Shown here: piece by piece, positions 12,253 through 23,235 of the stretch
Numbering within the stretch: the first letter of the stretch is position 1
Layout: every line of letters starts with the position of its first letter
Source: Tubiluchus corallicola
Lineage: Eukaryota > Animalia > Priapulida
DNA length: 31,567 bases
NCBI GenBank assembly: GCA_030141605.1
Contig: JAQGDQ010000511.1
Coordinates: forward strand, 127,396-158,962
Direction: 5' to 3'
Position numbers and translations under genes: made by a program
Notes under the pieces: model-generated
What the model was told of the DNA's origin: nothing
What the model saw: the letters and a program-made list of their open reading frames with translations, nothing else
Database searches by the model: none

Positions 12253-12734
12253 CAGGGGTGTGCAAATTGCGGCCCGCCGAGAGAATTTGTGCGCCCCGCG
12301 AAGAGATTTGTCAACCTAATGAAAGTGCGACCCGGGCGATTAATTGTGTGTATCCAGCTGAAGTCCGTGCCACGATCCCAAATATAGTGCGGGTAGTTTT
12401 TTCTACTAGATCGGATGCCATTAACCCTTTACAAGACGGTTGTAGCTTAATGTCACTGTACTACACAGACTGTGTGATACACATTACTATTATGCATTGT
12501 AATGAAATACCACTATCTGTCCCGAAAGTAGAAATATATGGTTTGTAATATAAATTTTAATAACTTCTAAAATAGTTTCTTGAGTGTAGTAGTAATGATG
12601 TACACAGGTCGGATGCAAAAAAATCGTTATCAGGCCTTTCTGTACTTGGCTCCTTGATCAAACTGCCTGTGGCCCGCAGGAATTGCGGGAAAATTTTATG
12701 TGGCCCGGCTAGTCAGATAATTTTTACACCCCTG
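12253..12734. mobile_element. hAT-Charlie-type MITE
   Basis: TIRs CAGGGGTGTGCAAATT and AATTTTTACACCCCTG, GGCCCG subterminal motifs, TSD-like CATTAGTC / ATTTAGCC (5/8). Confidence 0.85.
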
Positions 12735-12766
12735 ATTTAGCCTAAACCAGCAATGTTCCTGCTTAC

Positions 12767-12904
12767 CGCAATGATATAATTAGAAGAAAAAGAGCCTTCT
12801 TTCTCTTCATGGTTGTTCAAGTAGATGGTTGACTTTCCAGTCTGACCGTTCCATGTAGCGCACATGTGGTGCCATCTGCCGTCACGAATTAAATCGCTTT
12901 GAAC
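12767..12904 (-). pseudogene. Pentraxin internal exon carrying the family signature
   Basis: ATGCAG|VQSDLIRDGRWHHMCATWNGQTGKSTIYLNNHEEKEGSFSSNYIIA|GTAAGC; 138 nt, with the H-x-C-x-T-W signature. Confidence 0.9.
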
Positions 12905-13134
12905 CTGCATTATTCTGCAATTATATTGAAATTTGTGAATATTCTATGCACACGTTACTGAAAAATGCTCAACACCCGTTGGCAAGTTTAGTAATCAAAT
13001 CGGGAGCCTCTTACCAAATATTTTATGCCGTGTATGAAAATACATCAAATACCCACCAAGACATCAACTACAGCTTCATACAGAGAATTCCTTGAAATTA
13101 ACATGGTACACATATTTTGGTTGCTGGATGTCTT

Positions 13135-13379
13135 TGTTGAGCGGATATCGTCTCGAGGTATCGACTAGCAATGTCATCGTGGAAGACGCAGAAGCTGGTA
13201 ATATTTGCTGGCGTGTCCAGGAAGCCATCTCGAACACGTGACACGAATACAATGACTATATTGACTATATATATGAATATATTGTAGGATACGTGGTCTC
13301 GCACTGTTGTGTTTTGTTTCTCTCGGAAGGCTCGTAGTCGTCAAATTAAACTAGTTTATTAAGCGAGAATTCTACAACA
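13135..13379 (+). mobile_element. Possible solo LTR
   Basis: TGTTG...CAACA ends, internal TATATAT and ATTAAA. No TSD, so the call is weak. Confidence 0.3.
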
Positions 13380-13851
13380 CAAAAGCATGAAGGAACGCGA
13401 AATGTATCCAGTAAATGTGATAATCTGGAAAATGTTTGAGTGTATCTGAAAATACATGTATACAAGAGAATGTGTAAGTGGTGTCCGTGTGAATCTGTGT
13501 GAGTTTTGGTATTTTCACTAACCATTATTTAGGAAAAGCTTAAGTATTTTGTGTGTTTTTTTTCTAACTAACTATATTGAAATTGTTATGAAGCTTGTTA
13601 CTTTTCCTGGAATATTCTTAATTAAACTGATGATTCAAAGCTTTTTCTGGTAAATATTCTGACAGACCCGCATACTGGCCAAACTGAATAGACAGACTAA
13701 TCGACTAACAATTTTGACAAATTTTCTAGTGAAAATGTAACTTCTGGTAGAAATTAGTTATTTCCCGGTGGTGCACTGGTGTACAAATTTATTCTTAAGA
13801 TCGTAATTTTATGCATTACAATGAAAATCCCTTTGGCAAGTACTTACTGAC

Positions 13852-13950
13852 ATTTATTTCCAATACACATAGATAAACCAGGTTCCTCTAATCCCATATA
13901 TATATATCATTGTTTACAGCGTCACTGGTGGCATAAGATATTATTGTCAA
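13852..13950 (-). pseudogene. Pentraxin internal exon with in-frame stop
   Basis: LTIISYATSDAVNNDIYIWD*RNLVYLCVLEIN resembles pentraxin T..SYA(T)...N(E/D)I. TAG at 13890-13888; donors GTCAGT (13851) and GTAAGT (13847). The 5' boundary is obscured by (TA)n and a repeat insertion. Confidence 0.75.
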
Positions 13951-13972
13951 TATATATATATGACTGATTACA

Positions 13973-14348
13973 GGTACAGATTATGCAAAACAAGGCATCA
14001 TTGATAAATCTTTAGAGCTGATGTCAACATAGCACAATCTATTATCTTTCTTCCTACCATTTCCACTAACACATCCTTCTACCCTTCCTATGTGATCTAA
14101 CCTTTCTCCCAGGTCTTTTTTTTGTTCACTCATCCATTCTTTTTTTCTCGGGTTCACATGACAATGGGCTTATACAAGCCTTTACTTCTCTAGCCCACTG
14201 CAGTACAATTATTCTTTTATGATAACGATAGTGTATGAAACATAACAATTTAATACAGTATGGTGTAATAATTTTGATGTCACTGTGTGCTTAATGTCAT
14301 TATATTGTACTGAATGTGATAATAATAATAATAAGATAATAATAAATA
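13973..14348 (+). mobile_element. Dispersed retroposon-like repeat, copy A (~370 bp, (AAT)n tail)
   Basis: Highly similar to the reverse complement of 26740-27096; ends in a GATAATAATAA tail. Confidence 0.85.
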
Positions 14349-14909
14349 ACGATGAACTAATTGTTCTATGTTTTGTAAAATAAAAATCGGATGCAAAATT
14401 CGCTCAGGGAAAAATCTAACATCTTAATGATAAGGTGTAGAATTAGCGATGTGCCTTTGCAGTGTAATATTGAAATTCTGGTAAGTTTGTCTTTTAAATC
14501 TCTCTTTCCAATTTTTCCAGGCTACTGAGTACAATTTGAGACCTCCAATTGTAAATTAAAACAGCGATCTATAAGAAACTTTTGTTACTTATAATATATG
14601 TATGTAGCGTGACTATTGTGTCTGTCGTATATTGTATTGTGCTTATGTATTATGTTATGTACCTATCGAATCTATGTAAGTGAGTAACTACTAAGTGATT
14701 TACTAGGAGTTTTGAACAAACAAGTTATCAATCAAGATCAAAACTAAAATGAAAATTATGACTACAAAACAATTCTTATAATTCTAGCAAAAAGGTGCTG
14801 AATGCTGAAGATAAATTTATCCTGTATATCGAATTTAATTACTTTTGATTTGATCCGAAATTGATAAAGTTACACAAGTTCAGGTATATCCACAGTGAAT
14901 GATCGAATG

Positions 14910-15735
<826 letters not shown>

Positions 15736-15749
15736 ACAGATATAATTAC

Positions 15750-15792
15750 CAAGAAACAAGGCTGTCAGTAGTACCAGCTCCATAATTTCCAT
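15750..15792 (-). pseudogene. Candidate pentraxin first coding exon (signal peptide)
   Basis: MEIMELVLLTALFL(G)|GTAATT, a hydrophobic phase-1 exon, with a TATA-like run ~15900-15880 upstream. Linkage to the pentraxin is inferred. Confidence 0.5.
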
Positions 15793-15905
15793 AATAACAA
15801 AATCAAGTAAATTCTTTAATAAGTTTATGGGGGTATGCACCGAGAGAATTCTGTGCACTCTGAGTGGCGAACCTCACCCAATATATATATATATATAAAC
15901 TTGTT

Positions 15906-16254
15906 GTAACAAGATAGCTCTGGTCTTGGGCAAATACTTTACTTGTTATATGTAAATATATATGTTAAACGCAGTGACAATACGTGATAACTACCCATTT
16001 CCTAGAATTGATGACTCTATTGCGTCCTTGGTCTAAATTAGTTAAGGCCACACCATGTTAGCCTAGTAACAAGATAGCTCTGGTCTTGGGCAAATACTTT
16101 ACTTGTTATATGTAAATATATACGTTAAACGCAGTGACAATACGTAATAACTACATATTTCCTAGAATTGATGACTCTATTGTGTCCTTGGTGTAAATTG
16201 GTTAAGGGCACACCATGTTAGCCTAGTAACAAGACAGCTCTGGTCTTGGGCAAA
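15906..16254 (+). repeat. 160-bp tandem repeat (2.2 copies) containing a Ty3/Gypsy RT fragment
   Basis: Units start at 15906, 16066 and 16226. 15965-16030 translates LNAVTIRDNYPFPRIDDSIASL. Confidence 0.85.
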
Positions 16255-16462
16255 ACGGTACTACGGGGGTCAGAACATGGACACCAGGGATCAACCATGG
16301 AATTTTAGCATTAATAAATAATTCAGAATAATGGGAACAGTTTTTCTTTATGTTATCAACCCTTTCCGTGATAGTAATGTAAATGAGAAAACAAGAACAG
16401 TGAAATAAAGTTTGCATACTTATTTAAACAACATATCAATCGGCAAATATCAACAATGATAG

Positions 16463-16822
16463 ATGATATCTCACAACCCCATCTCCAATATAAAATGTAA
16501 ACCCTTGAATTTGCCGCTTGGAAATAATGAAAGGAAAATAGAATCCATTGCCACGTCTTTTTTAACTGGCCAGGGGAATTTTAACAGCTTTTTGTATAGA
16601 CTGAATATGTGTGATACTAGTTTATGTCCATGTGGAGAAGAAGAGCAAACTCCTCAGCACATTTTATTCAGATGCAATAAAGTAGATAATACAAAAAGAA
16701 TGCGTTTCATAGAAATAGCTGATGCCAATTATACACGTAATATTATGCTTCAATCTGATAAAAATTTAATAATGGCTTTCACTAACCTGATCAGAGACAA
16801 TTTTGTACTAAGTAATTGTTAA
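16463..16822 (+). mobile_element. Non-LTR retrotransposon (R1/I-group-like) ORF2 C-terminal fragment
   Basis: FLTGQGNFNSFLYRLNMCDTSLCPCGEEEQTPQHILFRC matches the LTGHG.F..YL.R...C.CG...QT..HIL..C CCHC motif. Confidence 0.85.
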
Positions 16823-17012
16823 TTTAGGCCCGCTCGAGTATACAAAAATAAATTATGTAGTTGTGTAAAGTTAATTTGTGTGTATAATACTTGTGATTCG
16901 TTTGAAATTATATCTAATTTAAGTGTAATATGTTATTCGTTGTACATAGTGTGAAACTGGAAATATTTAAAAGATTTGTTATATGAAAATGTAATTTGTT
17001 GATCTGAGTATA

Positions 17013-18873
17013 TATTTTTTCTCTGCTTAAAATGTAGCATTTAGTTCTATTTTTTCTCTGCCTAAAAAGTAGAATTTAGCTCTATTTTTTCTCTGTCTAA
17101 AACGTAGCATTTAGCTGTATTTTTTCTCTGCGTAAAAAGTAGCATTTAGCTTTACTTTTCTCTACCTAAAACGTAGCATTTAGCTCCATTTTTTCTCTGC
17201 CTAAAACATAGCATTTAGCTCTACTTTTCTCTACCTAAAACGTAGCATTTAGCTCTATTTTTTCTCTGCCTGAAACGTAGCATTTAGCTCTACTTTTCTC
17301 TACCTAAAACGTAGCATTTAGCTCTATTTTTTCTTTGCTTAAAACGTAGAATTTAGCTCTATTTTCTCTGCCTAAAAAGTAGCATTGAGCTCTATTTTTT
17401 CTTTGCTTAAAAAGTAGCATTTAGCTGTATTTTTTCTCTGTCTAAAACGTAGCATTTAGCTCTATTTTTTCTCTGCCTAAAACGTAGCATTTAGCTCTAC
17501 TTTTCTCTGCCTAAAACGTAGCATTTAGCTCTATTTTTTCTCTGCCTAAAACGTAGCATTTAGCTCTATTTTTTCTCTGCTTAAAACGTAGCATTTAGCT
17601 CTACTTTTCTCTGCCTAAAACGTAGCATTTAGCTCTATTTTTTCTCTGCCTAAAACGTAGCATTTAGCTCTATTTTTCTCTGCCTAAAACGTAGCATTTA
17701 GCTCTATTTTTCTCTGCCTAAAACGTAGCATTTAGCTCTATTTTTCTCTACCTAAAACGTAGCATTTAGCTCTATTTTTCTCTGCCTAAAACGTAGCATT
17801 TAGCTCTATTTTTTCTCTGCGTAAAAAGTAGCATTTAGCTCTATTTTTTCTCTACCTAAAACGTAGCATTTAGCTCTATTTTTTCTCTGCTTAAAATGTA
17901 GCATTTAGCTCTATTTTTTCTCTGCCTACAAAGTAGCATTTAGCTCTATTTTTTCTCTGCTTAAAATGTAGCATTTAGCTCTATTTTTTCTCTGCCTAAA
18001 AAGTAGCATTTAGCTCTATTTTTTCTCTGCCTAAAAAGTAGCATTTAGCTCTATTTTTTCTCTGTCTAAAACGTAGCATTTAGCTGTATTTTTTCTCTGT
18101 CTAAAACGTAGCATTTAGCTCTATTTTTTCTCTGCGTAAAAAGTAGCATTTAGCTCTATTTTTTCTCTGCCTAAAAAGTAGAATTTAGCTCTATTTTTTC
18201 TCTGTCTAAAACGTAGCATTTAGCTCTATTTTTTCTCTGCCTAAAAAGTAGCATTTAGCTCTATTTTTCTCTGCCTAAAACGTAGCATTTAGCTCTATTT
18301 TTTCTCTGCCTAAAACGTAGCATTTAGCTGTATTTTTTCTCTGCCTAAAAGGTAGCATTTAGCTCTATTTTTCTCTGCCTAAAACGTAGCATTTAGCTCT
18401 ATTTTTCTCTGCCTAAAACGTAGCATTTAGCTCTATTTTTCTCTGCCTAAAACGTAGCATTTAGCTCTATTTTTCTCTACCTAAAACGTAGAATTTAGCT
18501 TTATTTTCTCTACCTAAAACGTAGCGTTTAGCTGTATTTTTTCTCTGCCTAAAAGGTAGCATTTAGCTCTATTTTTCTCTGCCTAAAACGTAGCATTTAG
18601 CTCTATTTATTCTCTGCCTAAAACGTAGCATTTAGCTCTATTTTTCTCTGCCTAAAACGTAGCATTTAGCTCTAATTTTTCTCTGCCTAAAACGTAGCAT
18701 TTAGCTCTATTTTTCTCTGCCTAAAACGTAGCATTTAGCTCTATTTATTCTCTGCCTAAAACGTAGCATTTAGCTCTATTATTCTCTGCCTAAAACGTAT
18801 CATTTAGCTCTATTTTTTCTCTGCCTAAAAAGTAGCATTTAGCTCTATTTTTTCTTTGCTTAAAATGTAGCAT
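17013..18873. repeat. 34-35-bp minisatellite, roughly 53 copies
   Basis: Consensus TATTTTTTCTCTGCCTAAAACGTAGCATTTAGCTC, head-to-tail, with T-run length and point variants. Confidence 0.98.
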
Positions 18874-19945
18874 ATGCATTAGTAGTAAATGTATTTATGC
18901 ATCACAGAGTTTCAAAAACCGGGCAAGATGTTTGCACTTCTGCCTTTTAAAGGAAAGGTTATGCCTTCTGGGAAGTTAGGCTTATTGTTAGAAGGATTTA
19001 GTAATAAAATTGCAATAAGCGTCTCGTGTAATTAGTAAAATCACTTTTAAGTCGCGATCACTTCACGCTTGGGCGCTCTCATTTTTAACGCCCATTGTTC
19101 TTTCAATGACGTCATTCGTCTTGAAGAAAAGTAGCGCACTGTCAATCTTCATCAAAAGTATAATAAGTTTTTGTAAAAAATTAGATAGCTGATTTTGCAA
19201 TATTTCTGCGTGAACATTAGGTAAGGTTTGTTTTAGTTTAAGCAGCGCACGCTTACAGAAAGCCACGACACGCTTACGAAAAGTCACGAAGTCTCCCAGT
19301 CTGCTGTAATTTTCAAGTGGATGTAGTACCTGACACCACCACCACCATACCTGAAAATTTCTATTCAGAGGTTGTATATTTTAAATTTATGCTTTGTAGA
19401 AAGTTTTTTGGAAATATCTTTGTTATGTTTTTCTGAATTTACGTGATAATAGTAAAATAAACTCAACATACTGAAATGAGTTGTTCTTTCCTTTAATTCA
19501 CGTTTTTTAAGTTCTTGTTGTACTAACTCTTCGTTCTGCTGCTAAAAATTTCTTCCTACTGCTTACAACAACATTATAATTGTGACTGCAAATATGCGTA
19601 ACGACACTTATTTATTGGAAGGTGCTGCCCTCTACGAGCAGTGTGGAGAAGAAAGGACAGGAGGAGAACAATGTTGGTTGCGTTCGTATTCACAGGAATA
19701 TTTTTTATCGTTTTTGTGTTATGGCTAACAACAGCATTTAGTTTTTACTAAATTTGTACCTTGAGAATTTTTAAATCTTGATGAAGAGCCAACGATGTAA
19801 GTTACATGAATTTAAATAATTTAATTAAGTTTACGAATTCGATCTGTGAAATTTGTAAAAGTACTTTGACCAATAAGTTGTCTTCTTATTAATTATTAAG
19901 CTTCTGTTTTCATTCTCTTTATTTTTCTTACTTGTTAATGTTCTC

Positions 19946-19951
19946 TTTATT
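19946..19951 (-). terminator. Candidate guanylyl cyclase poly(A) signal
   Basis: AATAAA ~180 nt after the stop, with a second at 19923-19918. Confidence 0.4.
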
Positions 19952-20132
19952 ATTCTCTTTAGAATAAACGACTTTGGAACATGAATGAAATAGTGAAGGC
20001 TTTCTGTACATATAATGCATCACATAAACTTCAACAGGAACTAAATAATACTATTGTCTTCAATGTCAGGAGCTTAAGCTCCTGCTTTTCTGATCACATG
20101 TGCTTCAAGAGAGACTTCTGTTACATGAAACG

Positions 20133-21644
20133 TCAGCACAGACTGCCACTGCTGTCCTCTCCAACATGCCAAACACCAGCGTTCCACATCATATAAACTT
20201 TGTCACTTTCAATGTTTGTCGTAACCACTTTTCCATTAGGTGGGCTTGCTGAAATATTTGAATGTTTGCTTGTCTGTTCTAATATTGGAGATACGCGAAG
20301 TTCTTCTATAATATGACGCACCGTTTCCTTGTCAAGCTCAAAGTTTGGTGGGTGTTCTTTAGGGGAATGTCCAGAATCTGCATATGAATCTGCAGCTGAA
20401 GGTACACGAGGATCAAGCGAGTCGATGTTTACGTCATTAGAAGGAGAAATGAAGCAATCGTCAGCATTTCCAATATTTACACTAACATAGTCTTTGGACT
20501 GCGTACTAACATCTTCAGAATTATGTATCACCACAGGTTCAGTACCGGTATCATTTGCTGTATAGTTTATGCATTCACAAAGAATGTCAGTATTTCCCAT
20601 ATCATGACAGCTAACATTACTCATGATGCTCACACGTGAGTCTGCGTGTCTCATTCGCTGAGAGGAGAAGCTTCTAACGTCGCCGTTTAGGTACACATTG
20701 GACATTTTGCTACTTCTTCCACTACTGCCTGCTTGGTGGGCTCTTAGATAATTGGCACTGTAATCAGAGTCACCGTCCTTTTCACTCTGAGCGAATCCTA
20801 GATTGGACACCCCCTTTCTTCTGTTTCGAAGGCACGGTGCAGACCGACTGGCTTTGAGTTTTGCTGATTGAGTACTAAGTTCCATATCAGATTCGTTATT
20901 TTCACCAAGAAGTGTAGTGTTTTCATTTGCTGCTATGTCAATAAAGAACACCACTTCATCACTGACATCACCAGGTGCCAGTAGTGAACCTCGTCTGCCA
21001 GAATAAGCAGCAAAATCATCTACGTCAGTTGGCGTCAATAACGAACCTCTTCGAATAGAACTGTCCGCATCAACATTAGCGTCAATTGGAACAACTTTAC
21101 TCTTTTTCTTGGCAGACTTGATTCTTTTTGTTGTTCCAGGTGTGTTGTCTTTTTTCTTCTTTTTAGATTTGGCTTTTTTCTTCGGTTTCTCCTCTTCATC
21201 TTCCTTCACTTCTGATTCATCTGCAGCTTTTATCGATATCTCAACTACGTTTTTATGTATTTCCTCATTCACTGGTTTAGTGGTTTCTTCAGGTTTCGGT
21301 AAATCTTGTTCAATTTCTGTTTCTTCCGGGAGTACGTCATTGTTGGTTTGCTTTGCCAGTTGCGAAACATTTACTATGGAACCAGCGAATTTGGAATCAC
21401 GTCTTTCTGGAATGGAAGACAACTCTTTTGCAACAACTGGCTTCTCTTGTCTGGCTTCTGTACCGTCTCTATTTTCTGAGTCAATGCTCGATACGCTGGT
21501 TTTCCACAACATAGAGGATTTCGTCTGCGCTTTCATGCTTCGCGACTTTTTCCGGTTAGGGATAAATTGGCAAGTATCTAGGTGCTCTGTGAATTGAAAG
21601 TCCTCCTTTCCGGTGAGCCAGTAGGTAGTCATCAAATTCTTTCC
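20133..21644 (-). CDS. Receptor-type guanylyl cyclase, last exon with long C-terminal tail
   Basis: TTTTAAG|GKNLMTTYWLTGK (end of the cyclase domain, KGK..M.TYWL), open for 503 codons to TGA. Confidence 0.92.
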   Translation of the reverse strand, partial: GKNLMTTYWLTGKEDFQFTEHLDTCQFIPNRKKSRSMKAQTKSSMLWKTSVSSIDSENRDGTEARQEKPVVAKELSSIPERRDSKFAGSIVNVSQLAKQTNNDVLPEETEIEQDLPKPEETTKPVNEEIHKNVVEISIKAADESEVKEDEEEKPKKKAKSKKKKKDNTPGTTKRIKSAKKKSKVVPIDANVDADSSIRRGSLLTPTDVDDFAAYSGRRGSLLAPGDVSDEVVFFIDIAANENTTLLGENNESDMELSTQSAKLKASRSAPCLRNRRKGVSNLGFAQSEKDGDSDYSANYLRAHQAGSSGRSSKMSNVYLNGDVRSFSSQRMRHADSRVSIMSNVSCHDMGNTDILCECINYTANDTGTEPVVIHNSEDVSTQSKDYVSVNIGNADDCFISPSNDVNIDSLDPRVPSAADSYADSGHSPKEHPPNFELDKETVRHIIEELRVSPILEQTSKHSNISASPPNGKVVTTNIESDKVYMMWNAGVWHVGEDSSGSLC

Positions 21645-21867
21645 CTTAAAACAGATGAATAAAACTTAAAGGTTTGAAGTTTCCAGTAGTAATAAGGTTT
21701 GGGACGCCAAAACAAGATTCAAAAAACGTTAGGCCTATCAATGTCACCTAACGAATTTATTTAAAACACATCCACACAAATCCTATGAAATTTCTACCCT
21801 TTATTGCGGGTCATCGCTGTATTTAAAAATCAGTGTAAAATACAAAACCCGATATTAAAATAAGTTG

Positions 21868-22000
21868 GTGAGGGAGGGAGGGAGAGAGAGGGAAAGAGTG
21901 GGGGAGACAGGGAGAGAGAGGGAGGCCAAAAGAGAGGGCGAGAGAGAGATGTGGGGAGAGAAGAGATAAGGTGAAAGAAAGAAGGAGATAGAGAAAGTGA

Positions 22001-22036
<36 letters not shown>

Positions 22037-22139
22037 AAGAAAGAGAGAGGGGGAGGGAGATAGAGAGAGAGAGAGAGAGAGACAGGGAGGGAGGGGGAGA
22101 GAGAGATAAGGTGAAAGAAAGAAGGAAGGAGACAGAGAA

Positions 22140-22186
<47 letters not shown>

Positions 22187-22355
22187 TAAGATGAAAGAAA
22201 GAAGGAAGGAGACAGAGAAAGCGATAGAGAGAGAAAGAAAGAGGAGAGAGAGAAGGGGAAGGAGAGAGAGAGAGGGAGAGTGAAAGGGGGCAGATGGATG
22301 GTGGGTTGGAGGGGAAGGGGAGAGAAAGAAATAGAGAGAAAGAGGAGAGAGAGAT
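21868..22355. repeat. (GA)n / polypurine tract
   Basis: Nearly pure purine strand, with three copies of GAGATAAG(G/A)TGAAAGAAAGAAGGA. Confidence 0.95.
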
Positions 22356-22445
22356 TTGGGAATGCGGGTCGTTGTTGCAGGAAGAAACTGAGGGAAATGG
22401 AGGTTTAAGAGATTCACTTCAGACTTTAGAAAATGACGTTCTTAC

Positions 22446-22537
22446 CTTAACTTCAATGTTTCCTCGAAGCTCAAATTTGTAGCCACCCAGTTCCTCTAAC
22501 ATCAACTTCGTATCATTGCTGATGTGAATCTTCAGCG
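22446..22537 (-). CDS. Guanylyl cyclase exon (92 nt)
   Basis: CCTAG|(P)[30 protein letters not shown]|GTAAGA; phase 1-0. Not in the ORF track. Confidence 0.95.
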
Positions 22538-22722
22538 CTAGGAGAAAATTTACAAAATAAACCGGATTATTCATCAAAATCAGGGAAAAACAACGATGGC
22601 ACTTATGAATCTGTTAGAAGTGTTTTAAAAGTATCAAGTTTACACAATAATAAATTTATGGTTAAAAACGACACAACTTTATTAAAACGTTTTACATTAA
22701 AAAGTTAAAAGCTAAAATCATG

Positions 22723-22761
22723 CCAAACGTTTCGACTTGCTGCTGCTGTCATCATCAGTGG
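22723..22761 (-). ncRNA. Minimal type-I hammerhead ribozyme motif
   Basis: CCA-CUGAUGA-U-GAC-loop-GUC-GAAA-CG-UU-UGG: intact core boxes, 3-bp stems I and II, palindromic ACGU stem III. Confidence 0.65.
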
Positions 22762-22839
22762 TAAATTTACAAACATACAACCAGTTTGTATAAGCAGAGC
22801 CTGTTATGCACTAATTAAGCGGTTAGCAGAAGACAAATT

Positions 22840-23235
22840 TCATTTTATTTTTATTTATTTCACAATCCACGAAACTGCAATACACGAGTGACAAGGCAGT
22901 TAAAAAGTGAAATAAAAGAATACTACAAAAACAGTGCAAATAAAACAAAGTGATGATAATAATATAAGTTGAAAATTACGATAAAAAACACAAAGAACTA
23001 AAATAGCTGCTTACAAGTGTCTGTTAAAAAGTAAAAATTTGCTAAAATCAACATGACATAACCGTTTTCTAAATAATTTTCCGTTGCCATAATTTACAGT
23101 TGAAGCATCATTCACATGTGATGGTACTTTATTCCATAAACTTACAATTCTGTTGCTGAAGAAATGTTTGAAGCAATTAAGTGAGCTTTTTTCACTTGTA
23201 ATTTTAAAGCTGTCTCCTTGTAATATTTGCAAATG
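22840..23235 (-). mobile_element. CR1-clade LINE 3' fragment
   Basis: KHFFSNRIVSLWNKVPSHVNDASTVN...FRKRL (FFS.RVV..WN.LP motif), with an AAATAAAAATAAAATGAAA tail at ~22840-22860. Confidence 0.85.

Noticed and set aside
13888-13890. Stop-codon readthrough or recoded TAG in the pentraxin
   Set aside because: Other lesions occur in the same gene and nothing else in the window suggests an altered code; pseudogenisation is simpler.
17013-18873. CRISPR-like array of ~35-bp repeats
   Set aside because: Units are head-to-tail with no unique spacers, there are no cas genes, and the context is eukaryotic.
21109-22482. ORFs 21109-21597(+), 21830-22417(-), 21997-22194(+), 22294-22482(+)
   Set aside because: Antisense shadows of cyclase exons or translations of the GA repeat.
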